From Xylographa opegraphella (Eukaryota), in the NCBI GenBank assembly GCA_022813865.1, contig JALDZX010000024.1, forward strand, positions 124,001 through 188,000: a DNA stretch of 64,000 bases, written 5' to 3'. Shown here piece after piece: positions 24,932-38,073 of the stretch. The position numbers and the translations under genes are program-made. Position 1 is the first letter of the stretch. Every line of letters starts with the position of its first letter. The notes beneath the pieces were generated by a model. That model was not told where the DNA came from. It searched no databases and saw only the letters and a list, made by a program, of their open reading frames with translations.

Positions 24932-25411
24932 TGCGCCCAGCAATGAATAAACCGAGTCAGAAACGTAAAAGCCTTTGGTATACAAAATAAGAATTGTCAA
25001 GACACGGACATAGTTTGATCGGCAAGCTACTTCTCACGGAAATAGGCACGGTCCTGTGATTTTGAATAAACATTTGTAATGATTAAACGTGGGGCGTTTT
25101 TGCTCATGACGTCCGAGGATCCTCCTCGCTGGATTCGTACCCCGTTCGCGACGTAAGCCTAGTCTACATACTCCATATAGTACTAACCACTTCTGGAATT
25201 AAATCCATTAGGATACCTTATCATATCATCTTGCGCAAATCTGCACTAGCCCTCGGCAGACTAACAATCCTTGCTTAGCAGCGAGGCTCAAAACACTAGC
25301 TCAAATTATTGGTAGCGTCCCAAGCAGCCCATCCTGCCAACAATCACAAGCAGTTACAACACCGCTCCCGAACGCTACATCTGGATCGCAAAAGTGCCGT
25401 CTACTATTGCA

Positions 25412-25823
25412 ATGTCCGCGCCGCAAGATAGCACTGCTGCCACTGGCAAAGTCGACCAGAAACTCACCGAGACGCCGAAAGAAATCCCAAAGCCCACCGC
25501 AGCTCTGGAGGAGGATGACGAGTTTGAAGACTTCCCCGTAGAAGGCAAGCTGCACTCCGATGCTGTCCTCCGGCTCTGGCGTTGGCGTTAAGATAGACTA
25601 ATGAGGCTCTGGGGCATTTAGATTGGCCACAAGAAGACGCAGAAATCCCTGGAGGAAATACACATTTGTGGGAGGAAAGCTGGGATGATGATGACACCAG
25701 CGAGGACTTTTCAAAGCAGCTAAAGTAAGCATCAACTTAATCTGCTTCATAGAGTGCCCTTCTGTAGATGCTGACTTGGATTCTGATAGGGAGGAGCTAG
25801 AGAAGGTTAAGGCCGGCAAATGA
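25412..25823 (+). CDS. SEM1: 26S proteasome subunit Sem1/DSS1, 3 exons
   Basis: LEEDDEFEDFPVEDW...HLWEESWDDDDTSEDFSKQLKEEL. Intron 1 is GC-AG (25545-25621). Confidence 0.95.
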
Positions 25824-26073
25824 GTATTGATACAGCATAGCATGGCGTTACGGGTTGCATAGAGGACACGTAATTTACAGGTCTCAACAAAACCCTGGGA
25901 GGAACTTTTTAAATGCTCCGCGGCCAAAATTACAGTGGAATTTCCCTGCCATCTATAGTCGTGTAAGGTCGTGCCTGAATGATGCTAACTTCTCTCTCTC
26001 TCCTGCTTTTCACAACCTAGAACCATTTCCTTAGACAGATCAGGATGCTCTAGGTTACGAAAAGGCTGCCCCT

Positions 26074-27444
26074 TTACTTACTCGAAAGCGCAGAAACACC
26101 GGGCAGATCTTTACCTTCCAAAAGTTCCAATGAGGCTCCTCCTCCTGTTGAGACGTGGCTGATCTTGTCTTCAACGCCATACTTGGCAGCAACGGTGGCA
26201 GTGTCCCCGCCACCTATGATGACGGTTTTCCCACTTTGCGCAGCTTCGACAGCAGCATCGAGAACAGCCTTTGTGCCCGTGGCGAAAGCATCGAATTCAA
26301 AGACACCTGGTGGACCGTTCCATAGGATAGTATTTGCCTTTGATATCGTTTTTTTGTACAGCTCTATGCTCTTCTTGCCAGCGTCCAAACCCATCCACCC
26401 GTCCGGAATGCCCTCCTCGTCAGTGGCAGTCCCCGATTTGGCATTCTTGTCAAACTTGTCCGCAGTTATATAGTCACACGGCAGGACAATCTCTACGCCG
26501 TTTTTTTTCGCTTTCTCCATTATATCACCTACGGTTTTGCTGCCAGCCTCGTCGAACAAACTGTTCCCAATCTTAACATGCTCCAGTGTTTTCTTGAAAG
26601 TGAAAGCCATTCCGCCGCAGATTATCAGGCTATTAACCTTGCCCAGCAGGTTGTCGATGAGCTGAATCTTGTCCGAAACCTTTGCACCCCCAAGAATTGC
26701 AAGGAAGGGACGTTTAGGGCTCTCGAGAGCTTGAGCGAAGTAGTCCAATTCTTTCTTCATCAGAAACCCAGAAGCTTTCTGTGGTAGCTCGACGCCAACC
26801 ATCGAACTGTGTGCGCGATGAGCGGTGCCAAACGCATCATCTAATCATGCTGTCAGCAGGTCCCGCCACATACGCGACTTGGTATAAGCTCCTCCTTACT
26901 GATATACACATCGCCTAGTGCAGTCAACCCTTTCCGGAATTCTTGCACTTTTTCCTTATCGGCTTTGACTTTCTTGCCCTCGGCATCTTTACTGCTGCCC
27001 TCCTCCTCAGCATGAAATCGCAAGTTCTCGAGCAGAATGATCTGCCCACCCGATGCGTGGTTCACCGTTTCTTCAACTTCCTTACCCACGCAATCATCTG
27101 TAAAAATGACCTTCTTTCCAAGCAGCTTCTCAAGTTCGGGAACTATAGGTTTCAGGGAATATTTTTCGACTCTTTTACCATCTGGCCGGCCGAGATGTGA
27201 CATGAGGATGATAGCTTTGGCGCCATGCTCGCCAGCATACTTGATTGTGGGAAGGGCGCCAACGATGCGCTGGTTATTGGTGATCTTTTTATCCCCGTCC
27301 AAGGGGACATTAAAGTCAACCTGAGGATCAATTGAGCTCTGAGCGCGAATGCATAATAGGTTATTGAAGCAGACTCACTCGGATCAAAACCCGCTTGTTC
27401 TTGAGGTCAACATCTGTGATTGCAAGTTTATTGGAAAGAGACAT
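26074..27444 (-). CDS. PGK1: Phosphoglycerate kinase, 3 exons
   Basis: [68 protein letters not shown]. Confidence 0.99.
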
Positions 27445-27932
27445 TGTAACACAGGCTGAAGGAAATTATCGTACAGGTATAGTCAATGTGCTGTGAAGGA
27501 TCCGAAGTGGTTATGAATGAAAGCGGTGCTTAGTGAGTGCTGCAATTGGGACTTGAATCTCTAGTGGGGTAGCTTGGGTTTTGGTGGTGGGGCCTGCGAT
27601 CAGTAACCTAAAACCAAACATGATAGCTGTCATGTGACATAACGTTATGAGGAAAGCACTTTGCCTGAGGATATATTTCTCTAGGTAGGAGATGCTGCAT
27701 CTAACTTTGTTGAGGTATGCCCACCCAAGAACAAGTAAGAACACTCTTATAATGCCGACGCTGTAACGGAGACGCAAACGCCAGTCCACTATGCCCAGGT
27801 GTTCCAACAACGCCTTACGATGCATTGGTGCAGCTTCGTAGTCAGATGCAAACTTCTCCTCCGTCCATTGTTGAGACACTGTTGCGCCCGGATTCATGCT
27901 ATGACAAAATAACTCCCGCTAACGACGTAATC

Positions 27933-29079
27933 TCATGCTTCCTCCGCTGAGTTGGTCAGCGACAAATAAGCCGTCCAAGCTATTCCAACTGTTGATACAA
28001 ACGGCTATAGAGACTATTAGTAGTGCTCCTGAAGAAGATATACAAATATTTACAATTTGAAACTGCAGGGGCATAAGCCGGAAGTTAAGTAATTGCACTG
28101 CTGGCCAAAGAATCCAGTTCGCCTTCAGGGCTGGCAGATAGACGTCCTGGAATTTTCGTGAAATCGCTCTCCTTCCGCCACCTTCTGCTACCGTCATGAA
28201 GGTAAAGAAGCATGCAAGACCTGTAGAGATCTGGATTAAGCTTGGTTGGATCGAAGTATGGGAGTGGAAGACTTTACTCACCCACAGGAGAGAACATGAG
28301 TTGATCGCATGCAACTCTCTTCAAGACAGAAGAAAACCCAGCGGTCTTTGTGATAGGGAATGACTTTGACAAGAAGGCGAACCAGTGATACTGTAAGGGA
28401 GACATGATGAAGCCATAAGCCATGAACCGTGTCAGCCGTTCGAAGTCAAACGGAGGTGGCAGATTCCGTGATGGTGGAACAAGCTCCATCGGAGACAGCG
28501 GGTTTTTCTTATCTAGCTCATGAATCTCGATCGAGATAAAGTCGTTCTTCTGGACACCGCCCGGTTGTCGTAGCGATTTTTGTCTTATCGTGGTCAACGT
28601 CTGTGCTACAGTGTCTGCAATGCCTCCAAGTATCTGCAACAACTCAGCCCCATAATCTTGCAACAAACATCGCACTGGTATTTATAGTTGAAAGTAGAGT
28701 TCGGATTTTGGAGAAAAGGACATACAGCATTCGTGATCATGATGGTAAGGACTGCCGCAATTAGCAAAGGCAGAATCCAACAGCAATGCCGGGCTTACCA
28801 GGTTTTTCTGCATAGTAGGAGTTGAACTTGGCGATCAGCCTTGATGTCAACATCATTTGAATAAAGAATACGATGGCATGTAACAGAGGCTAAAGGTGTG
28901 GAGTCATGAACAGTCAGCCCTGTGATGGAACATGAAATGAAGGCGGATTCCCGCTAACGGTTTTGTGAAGTCATCGTGAGTGTCATTCGGAAAGCACACA
29001 CCACTTTGCCATAGAGATACCCAGAATTGAGCCACGAGGACAGTTTCCTTCTATTGATCTCTAACATGGTCGAGCCCAT
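27933..29079 (-). CDS. Mpv17/PMP22-family membrane protein (Sym1-like), multi-exon
   Basis: TNAILGGIADTVAQ, PPFDFERLTRFMAYG, KRVACDQL, ALKANWILWPAVQLLNF. Start assigned from an in-frame spliced model (ATG 29079 or 29067). Confidence 0.88.
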
Positions 29080-29665
29080 TTCGATGCCTTGCAGTGCTTT
29101 GAATGTGTGGGCCTTGGGCGGCTTTGTAACTTATTCGACGAGTACCTGGCCGTGGCGCCCTATGCTCGCCAACCACGATAAAGCGCAGCTAGGACTCTCG
29201 TTGCGCGACAGAAGGCGGTAGTTCTAGCTCGAAAAAGACGGAAGGAGAACTCGACACTCGAACATGTGCTGATTGTTCGATGGTGTCAACTGGAATGCGT
29301 CAGCCACCTTCCCCCGCTAGTGATGGTGCGGATGCACACAAGCGGCGGCTCTATGGAAGCTTAGGAGCTTAACTTAGGCACTTTATCACTAATAATAATG
29401 GAAGGGAACAATATTTCATGCGCTAAATCTTTACTTTGCTCTATGTGTACTTGTCATTACTTTGTTCAGTTGGTCTTGGACCAAGGTAATGTACAGAGGA
29501 AACACATCGTGGGAGCATCTTTTCATTATGTAACTGTTCCAGGCTACTATAAGTCATTGACGATGACACGGAAGAGACATGGTGGACTTCACATTGGCAT
29601 TGCCATTGTTCTGCCTATGCCGTTCCTGATATGTATCTCTTCATTCCATTCTCTATCCAGTCTCT

Positions 29666-31600
29666 CTATTCGTCCGGCACCCTACTCAATGCGTGGATAT
29701 CCGGGAGGTCTCGTATATCCATTGATTCGTTTGTGCTGAGGTCTACAATGCGTGCTGTCTCAACATGCAGAAAGCCTCGAGCCAACGGTAGAAATTTGAC
29801 TTCCGTAACGTAACAGGAACCAGGACTCAGGGGGCTTGAGGTTCGTTAGCAATACTTGCTAAAGGAGAAAGCTCAACATACCCGATTTTGATCTCCGTCG
29901 TGAGACAGACCAACTGTACGCCTTCAGTACTTTGAGTCTTCATCACTGCATGTAACACATTTTCATCCACGACAGCGTCTGCAACGGAGCCACTCCTGCT
30001 CCCTTGATTCGACGACGAAGACGAGGGCCTTGACCCTACTTTTTTCCCTTCGCTTCGCTTCAATTTCGGCAGGACGAAAATTGCTAATCTCCGCGATTTT
30101 GTGGAACGATTAACGATAAAGATATCCCATGTGAAAGGTTCTCCAACATAGACATCTTCGGTTGCAGTGAAAGTTGCCGTAATTCCGATGTCAGCAATTG
30201 TGGTTGACGTCCTTCCAGAGCCTTCAGTGGAGTCTTTCCCTACATCGATGCCAGAGTCAGTCGGAATGTTGGCTTTCGGTATACTTGCTGCTGGCGCCGG
30301 AAGACTAATCGGACGATGATTTCGTTGCATTGATTGACCGGGCCTGCCAAAGTTAGGATTTAATGCTGTTGAGGTATCTACGTTCGCCCTCCATCTCATA
30401 TGGATCTTAGGATGACAAATTGTCGAAACTTGTACTTCACCGTCTATTGAAACCTCCAACACGGTGGCACTTAGAGCACTTGAACCTCTATCATTATCAA
30501 CGTCCGGGAATGTTAGACGGTACAGGAACCCAATATTATCCTTAGGCCTGCACTTTACAGGTAGCTTCAGGATATGCTCACGAATGAGATCCTCGGCTTC
30601 GCCCTCATTCAGATGCACATTAACCGATTGTAGGTCGACATCGTTGTTCGCAAAAACAGGAATCTCAATATCAAGTGATGCGATAATCGTTGACTTGCTT
30701 AGAGTATCGCTTGATTTATGGTACCTTATCCGCGCGCTTATTGCCGGTATAGTACGAATTGCCTTCTTAGAAATTGTCCGCAGTGGTAGCGTCTCAAGGG
30801 GAGTGGTAGGGGATATCACTGATTTCTGGGAGAGCTGGAACGCAGACAATCGTGAAGCAGAGCCATTCAAAGCCGGATCATCTTGTAAAGGCTGCAGCAG
30901 GTTTATGGGGAAAGGGACTCCACTAGGGAGGTAAGGGTCATATTCCTGGGGAGAATTGCCGGTCGTCTGAGGCTGTAATGATGCCGAAATCTTGAACATT
31001 ATAGCGGGAGATTGTATTCTTATCCTTGGCCGCGCTTCCACATGATCAGGAGCAGTCATATTGCATGAGAAACCAGGGAACTCACCGAGGAAAGCAGTCA
31101 GCCTCCAGATTACCAGAACAGCTTGGCCATCATCAATATCGTCCGATTCCTCCACGACGATGATTGGATCTTCTAAAACGTTGACCTTACCAGACCATAT
31201 TACATCTCTGAGTTGATTCATGGTCTGACCTTGATGCGAATCCCCCGTACGGGGTGCAGAAGTAGTTGCATGAGCTTCGAGCACGATTTGCAGTCTAGAA
31301 ATGTATCCTTTGAGCTGAGCTTCATTCTGATACGGAGTTCGCAGCACGACGTATATCGAGAGCTTTTCATCTATATCCGACCTAACGATGAGTAAGACAT
31401 TGTACCATGTTATAATTGTGTGAACTCGTACCGAAGAACAATAGACTCCTTTGTGGCACAGATGTGATAAGCGCAGTATCATCCTCATCTCTGGTGGTCT
31501 CCGATGAAGCAAGAGCCTCTTCAATATCCACTGATGAAGCCTCTGGTATCAGAACGTCGACGACCGAGGTTTCAGCAAACTCGCTACTATTGCGTGACAT
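29666..31600 (-). CDS. TRS65: TRAPP-II complex subunit Trs65
   Basis: VPQRSLLFFDEKL at the N-terminus; VYVGEPFTWDIFIVNRS, ADAVVDEN, IGPLSPGSCYVTEVKFLPL; three introns. Confidence 0.85.
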
Positions 31601-31834
31601 GACTCTGAATTGGTTTCAAGTACTGTGACAGCATTGATTACATATACGAGGAATTATGTCGTATTCGGCAGAGGGAGAGAGCTTGACACGAGCTCGTTTG
31701 TGAGCAGAACTGCACACAATTGTTTGAAACGATAAAAGATTCCCTCTTCCTAGTCCTACCTAGTTACCCAAAATATTAGAAATGCACGGAGCACATGAAT
31801 GTGAATTGGGGCTCTGCGGCGCCGGGAAATCTCC

Positions 31835-31856
31835 TAAACTAAAATTTTAGCGAAAC
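31835..31856 (+). promoter_or_regulatory. RRPE-like AAAATTTTAGCGA element in the TRS65/PRP40 divergent promoter
   Basis: A near-identical reverse-complement copy (TCGCTAAATTTT) lies upstream of PUF6 at ~61900. Confidence 0.35.
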
Positions 31857-31952
31857 CCGAAGTCACGGTCGCTGAAAGTCCATCCTTTGGTACGAAGTAA
31901 GTCACAGCTTGAAGGTTCATGCACAATTCTTTTGTTCATAGCTCCCCACATA

Positions 31953-34355
31953 ATGAGTGGTACCAATGGTATCGCCGGACCTCCAGGTCTATGGAGCGAG
32001 GCTCGTAACGCTGAAGGCCGCGTCTATTATTACAACACACAGACAAAAGCAACTCAATGGACCAAACCAGTAGAGCTCATGAGCGTGGCAGAAGTGAGTC
32101 TTTGAGTTCTCTGCGATGAAGCCAGCTAATTTGTTCTTAGCGTGCTTTACTTGATCAGCCATGGAAAGAATATACTGCCGAAGGGGGACGGAAGTATTGG
32201 TACAATGCGGAGACGAAGTCGAGTTCATGGGAGATGCCAGAAGTCTACAAGAATGCTCTGGCACAGACTCAGCCGCCAAGTCTTCCTGCTGCACCGTATG
32301 AACAATCTTGCACTACGCTTACATTCACTGACATTACGTAGAGCTCAGCAGTTCGTTGCCGGAGGCACAGCGTCATTTTCTTCATATCCTCAGCAGCGAG
32401 ATCGCGACGACTACGGAGAGCGTGCTGGTACGGATCGACAGATAGGTTATGGACAGAACGATACAAATGGATTGCGTGCACCAACGTTTCAGGCTCAGTC
32501 GACCGATCCGGATTATTCGACATTTGAGGAAGGCGAAGCCGCATTCATCAAATTACTACGACGCGCAAATGTACAGCCTGACTGGACATGGGAGCAAACG
32601 ATGCGAGCCACGATCAAAGATCCTCAATACCGAGCTCTAAAGGATCCGAAGGACCGAAAAGCAGCTTTCGAAAAATATGCAGTGGAGGTGCGACTACACG
32701 AAAAAGATCGCGCAAAGGAGAGGCTAGCTAAGCTTCGTGCGGACTTTGGTACTATGCTGAAGAGTCACCCAGAGATCAAGCATTATACCAGGTGGAAGAC
32801 TGCGAGGCCGATTATCGAGCGTGAGACGATTTTCCGATCAACCAACGATGATACCGAGCGGCGTCAGCTTTTCGAAGAGTACATAATTGAGCTTAAGAAA
32901 TCAAATGTCGAGCGTGAGGCTATCACTAGGAAGTCAGCTATGGACGAGCTAGTAAGTATCCTGAAGGGACTGGATCTAGAGCCATATACTAGATGGTCAG
33001 AAGCACATTCGATCATTCAATCACACGAGAGGTTCTCGACAGACGACAAATTCCAAACCCTCAGTAAATCTGATATATTGACTGCTTTTGAAAATCACAT
33101 CAAGTCTCTCGAACGCACTTTCAATGACGAACGCCAGCGAGAGAAGACATCTAAAGCTCGAAAGGAGAGACTGAATAGGGATCGGTTTCTGGATCTCCTT
33201 CAAGAGTTGAAAGTAGCCGGCAAGGTCAAAGCTGGGGCAAAATGGATGAATATTCTTCCTGAGATAGAAAGCGATACCCGTTATACTGCCCTCCTTGGTC
33301 AACCTGGCTCTACTCCCCTTGACCTTTTCTGGGACTTGGTTGAAGACGAAGAGCGCGCTCTTCGTTTGGTGAGAAACGATGTCTACGATGTGCTGGAGGA
33401 CAAACGCTTTGAGATAACTCCCAAATCCACATTGCCCGAATTCTTAGAACTCATGTCTACGGACCGTCGCACAGGCCCCATACCGAAAGATACACTATCA
33501 TTGATATTCGACCGGCTGCTCGAGAAGGTCATGCGCCGCGCTGAAGAAGATAAGCATGCTTCTGAGCGCCATCAACGTCGCCTTATTGATGCTCTACGGT
33601 CCAAGATAAAGCATCTCGACAATCCACCTGTCCACGCTTCCTCATCATGGGACTCCATACGTCCGCAAATCAGTAACCTCGAGGAATACAAAGCTCTAGA
33701 ATCCGATGACCTTCGGCGACAGGCTTTCGACAAAGTTATCCGTCGCCTCAAGGAGAAGGAAGACGACGTCGACAAAGAGCGAGAGAAAGATAGGGGTGCC
33801 AAACGTGACCATCGCGAACGTGATAAGGATCGAGACCGAGAAAGAGACCGTGATATTCGTAACGGGCACTCCGAGCGACGTCGTGAACCTAAAGGGCGTG
33901 CAAGTCGTACACCAGAGCCAGATGCTTACGAAGCCGATCGCCGCAAAGCAATGGCGGACCGTGAGCGCCAATATCGAAAGTCGAGCACTACCGGTTTGTC
34001 TCCGCCAAGGGAAAGAGCGGAGAGGGATCGGCATGAGCGGATCTCGAGCAGGCACGCGGAAGGGAGGTTGGGAGGATATGATCGTGATAGGCGGGACAGA
34101 GAGGAGGAGCGGGAGAGGCTGTATAGGACACGTGGAGACCCAAGAGGAAGCAGAGACGAGTTGGATTATGGAGGTGGAGGTAGGAGAAGGAGAGGTGGAG
34201 ATAGCGACGGCGAGAGCGTGGGAAGCCGGAAGCGGGCAAGGAGGGAAAAAAGCGAGGGATTGAAGCGAAAAAGTCGCACGCCACCACCGCCGGTCAAGGA
34301 GGAGATTGCAGTGCATTCGGGAAGTGAGGAAGGGGAGATGGTGGAGGAGGAGTGA
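31953..34355 (+). CDS. PRP40: U1 snRNP-associated splicing factor Prp40 (two WW domains plus FF repeats)
   Basis: WSEARNAEGRVYYYNTQTKATQWTKP and WKEYTAEGGRKYWYN..SSWEMP; FF repeats; Arg/Asp/Glu-rich tail; two introns. Confidence 0.93.
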
Positions 34356-35037
34356 GATTAAGAGAGTGCGTACGACGATGCTGGTGCAGTGGTGAACGTG
34401 GACGTGTCAAGGGAGTGCTTGAGGTCAGTACAATCATTTTGACCTTGTACAACGCTACTCTAGTCTAGTCCGCGACGGCACCCTGGGCGAAGTGGGTGGA
34501 TTGCTTTTCTGACAGGCGGATGTAGCGGGTTGTGGGTAAACAAAACAGGTACGTGACCATATGATTCGAGGACACTGCGAATTAATAAGTGACTCTCGCC
34601 ATGCACTGCCTACTATACCAGTAGGGATTCTTATTCATAGCCAGTGACGCGGCTTCCGTGCTTCGAATTTGTTCCTCAATATACTATGTAAGCAGTATGT
34701 AGAATAACTTCATCACCAATGCCATAAAGTCATGAAACCCATGAATATGGCTGACGGCAGTCACCTAGCTTAACCCATCAATTGCTTGATCCAACTTATG
34801 TGCAGAAGGCTATGCGAGAGCTCTGAAGAGCTATTCTTTTAGATGCAATGAAATTGACAGGAGGTCAACTGCCGTCGCCTCGGTATATCGTCGTCGTCGT
34901 CCTCATCAGCACGTGTCTCATCATCCGGGAGACCTGCTAGGCGCTTACCAGCGCTTTTACCAACGCCGGTAGATGCTGCAACGCCTGTGTCTAATGCTTG
35001 TCTCTTGTGCAAATGCTTTTCATTAGGGACACCATCT

Positions 35038-37228
35038 TTAGCTATCATCTTCCAAAAAGAACTGCGCAATGAGTTAATGCCTTATATACGGTACATGTAT
35101 ACTTAGTGAAAACTTACGTAATTCCCATTGAGCTTCTGTTCTTGATCTAGTTGACTTTTGTCCTTGTTTATACGTGGTCGGAAGCTGTTAGGATCTCTCC
35201 TGAACGTGACATCAAGGTTTTTGAGGAACTTATTGCATCCAGTCAAAAGACTCTCAGGCTTGTTGGCTCTAGCATCCACCGAAGGTTTGCCATCGAATAC
35301 AATCACTCGATCCGCAAGGTAAGTGGCCATGATGAAATCATGCTCGACAACAAATGCTGTCTTCTTGGCGTGCATGATAAAGCGTTTTATCACACGAGCG
35401 GCGATAATCCGCTGTTCTGAGTCAAGATAGGCGCTGGGCTCGTCGATGAGGTAGACGTCTGCAGGGAGACCTAACGCTAGGACGATTGCAACACGTTGTA
35501 GTTCACCACCTGATAAATTCTGAACCTCTTGGTCAATGAAGTCGTCCAGCTTCAAAGGCTTGTAGACATCGGTCTGAAACTGCGGATTCAAAAAGGATGC
35601 CTTGATTCTTTTGAAGAATAGTTGTCGTACAGTACCAGTAAATTTTGGTGTAATCTTCTGCGGCTTCATTGATACTACTAACGGAGGGATAGACCTGTTT
35701 CCATCGGGCTTCTCCGCGCCAGCTAGCATCCGGATGAATGTAGTCTTACCTGTCCCATTTTCTCCCATCATGACAATAATTTCGGAGTCAGTGAAGTCAC
35801 CTTCTTCGACCTTCAGATGGAATCCTCCTAAAGTCTTCTCCATTGATGGATAATGAAAAGCTCGAGCTTTATCTACCATGAACTCATCGCCTGCTTCGGC
35901 GATACGAAATGTCAACGATTCCTCACGGAAACGGAGATTTTCAGTAGGAATATTCCCATCCAGGAAAATGTTGATACCCTCACGCACGGAGGCAGGCAAG
36001 GTCACCACACCATAAACAGCTGGTCTGCCATAGAGTACACAAATGAAGTCAGAGAGATAGTCAAGCACTGACAGATCGTGCTCAACTACAATCACGTAGT
36101 CATCGGGACGAAGTAAACTGCGGATGATCCGTGCCGCATTAAGACGCTGCTTGACATCAAGGTACGATGAAGGCTCATCAAACATATACCTACTCAGACA
36201 GTCAGGTAACGTTGAAAAGCGGACGAATAGTTTCGTACACATCAGCTTGTTGAACACAAACTATACCGATAGCAAACCTCTGCAATTCTCCTCCCGAGAG
36301 TTTCTCGATGTCTCGGTCAAGGACCTGTTCAAGTTCTGGAATAGATCAGCCACAAACTTAAATATCCTAGAGGGCATAACAACCTAGAACGTCAAGAATT
36401 TGCTGCAAATTATCCATCTGGGAACGTGTAGTAATGAGCGTTTCGACAGTTCGATCAGCTCCCTTAACAGCTTTTGGTATCTGATCAACATATTGAGGTT
36501 TTACAACCGCCTTCAGATCGTCTTCCAGAACTTTTGTAAAGTAATCTAGTTATTGTCAGTCTAGTTCTATATACTGATCCTTCCAGCCTACTCTGTAGTT
36601 CGGAACCCCTGAAATATTTCAAGATTTCTTCCCAGTCTGGCGGGTTATCATATCTGCCAAGATTTGGCTTGAGCTTGCCACTGAGTATCTTCAATGCAGT
36701 ACTCTTCCCAATACCGTTTGTACCAACAAGACCTAGGACTTGACCCGGACGGGGCATAGGAAGCCGATGAAGCTTGAAGCTATTGGCAGAGTATCGATGT
36801 GTGACTTGAGATTCGAGATTCGTTGGCAAGTTTATGATATTGATGGCACTGAATGGGCATTTTTTCACACAGATGCCGCATCCGATACATAGTCGTTCAG
36901 AGATGAAGGCGATCTTCGATTCTGGGGTGACCTCGATACAAAGCTTGCCTGTTCGAACAACGGGGCATGATTTCTTACACTCTTGCCGGCATTTCTACTT
37001 ATTGTAAGACATCGACTTTGGTTCTCAGTCTGTGATTGGCACTTACCTTTGGCTTACACTTCGAGACGTCAAAACATCAGCCTAATCAAAGCATTTTGGA
37101 AGCAGAGTCGCATGTTGGAGCGGTGACTGTACCTTGTCGTTGTTTACAATGGCAATTCTGCGAGGGTTGTCAGTACTTTGATATTTTCATGCATCGAGCC
37201 TAACAGACCGCGTCAACTTGTCTGACAT
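35038..37228 (-). CDS. RLI1: ABCE1/Rli1 ribosome recycling factor (Fe-S domain plus two ABC domains)
   Basis: Spliced [55 protein letters not shown]. Last exon 35061-35038 encodes FFLEDDS*. Confidence 0.98.
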
Positions 37229-38073
37229 GGTGATTCAAGTATCTGGCGAACAGCGCCACTTTTACTTTTGATCGACTGTTGCAAAACGAATAGCTTTCGG
37301 TTATTGTAGAGAGCCCCTTCTGAGAAATATGAGTTCATTCACGTTCTGTGTATGAGTTGACACAATTGGTAGAAAGCCTATGTGAATAGGCTTCCGAATA
37401 ATGCCGTGAAGAATAAGAGCAGCGGACGGATTTTTGGTTCTGACTGTTATACAATTGATAGTGGGGAGCAAGCGCTATTGTAACGGCGCTAATCTAGTGT
37501 GTTACCTTATGCTTACCGGCATTTCTGTAGACCACTCCTCCATCAACTTGTCTGAACAGACTTATTCCCCAAACTTCCAACATACGACAACGGCGTTCAG
37601 CTACTCAAGATAGGCACTCTTAGCCATGGCTTGTAAGTACAACGATCCTGAACTTGCAGCAATGCGAAGTACTGGTCCACCGCCAAATGTCTGCCATTTC
37701 CCTCAGTGCAGAGCCCCATCTCCAAGGCGTTACCTGATGTGTACAACATTTGTTTGTTCTCAATTGTCTCTTGTAACCTGCTACTACCTGATAGATTGTT
37801 ATCTGCTGTATTGCATCGTCTGAAGAGGGTCGGACAGGCTGCACCGTCTTGTCCGAGCAATGTCCCCGCCATCAATTTTATCACCGATACAGATCATTTT
37901 ATCTGCGTTCTACGATTGTTCATCATTGATGGGCCGTACATGCTCCTATGAGATGTTTCTGGGTCGCGTATTCAGGCGCTATCGTCTACACTACTCTGAG
38001 CACTGGGCGACAGATCTTCGTTATCATATGCTAACTGCTCTGTCTTCCAGCGAGTAGCCTAGTACTCCCTTCG

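Noticed and set aside
25137..25278. Classical stwintron upstream of SEM1
   Set aside because: Removing 25153-25211 does not regenerate a GT donor at the junction.
26050..26076. Stop-codon readthrough of PGK1 as the route to a PTS1
   Set aside because: The stop is TAA-A (not TGA-CTA) and the in-frame extension ends ...FVT*; splicing explains the SRL.
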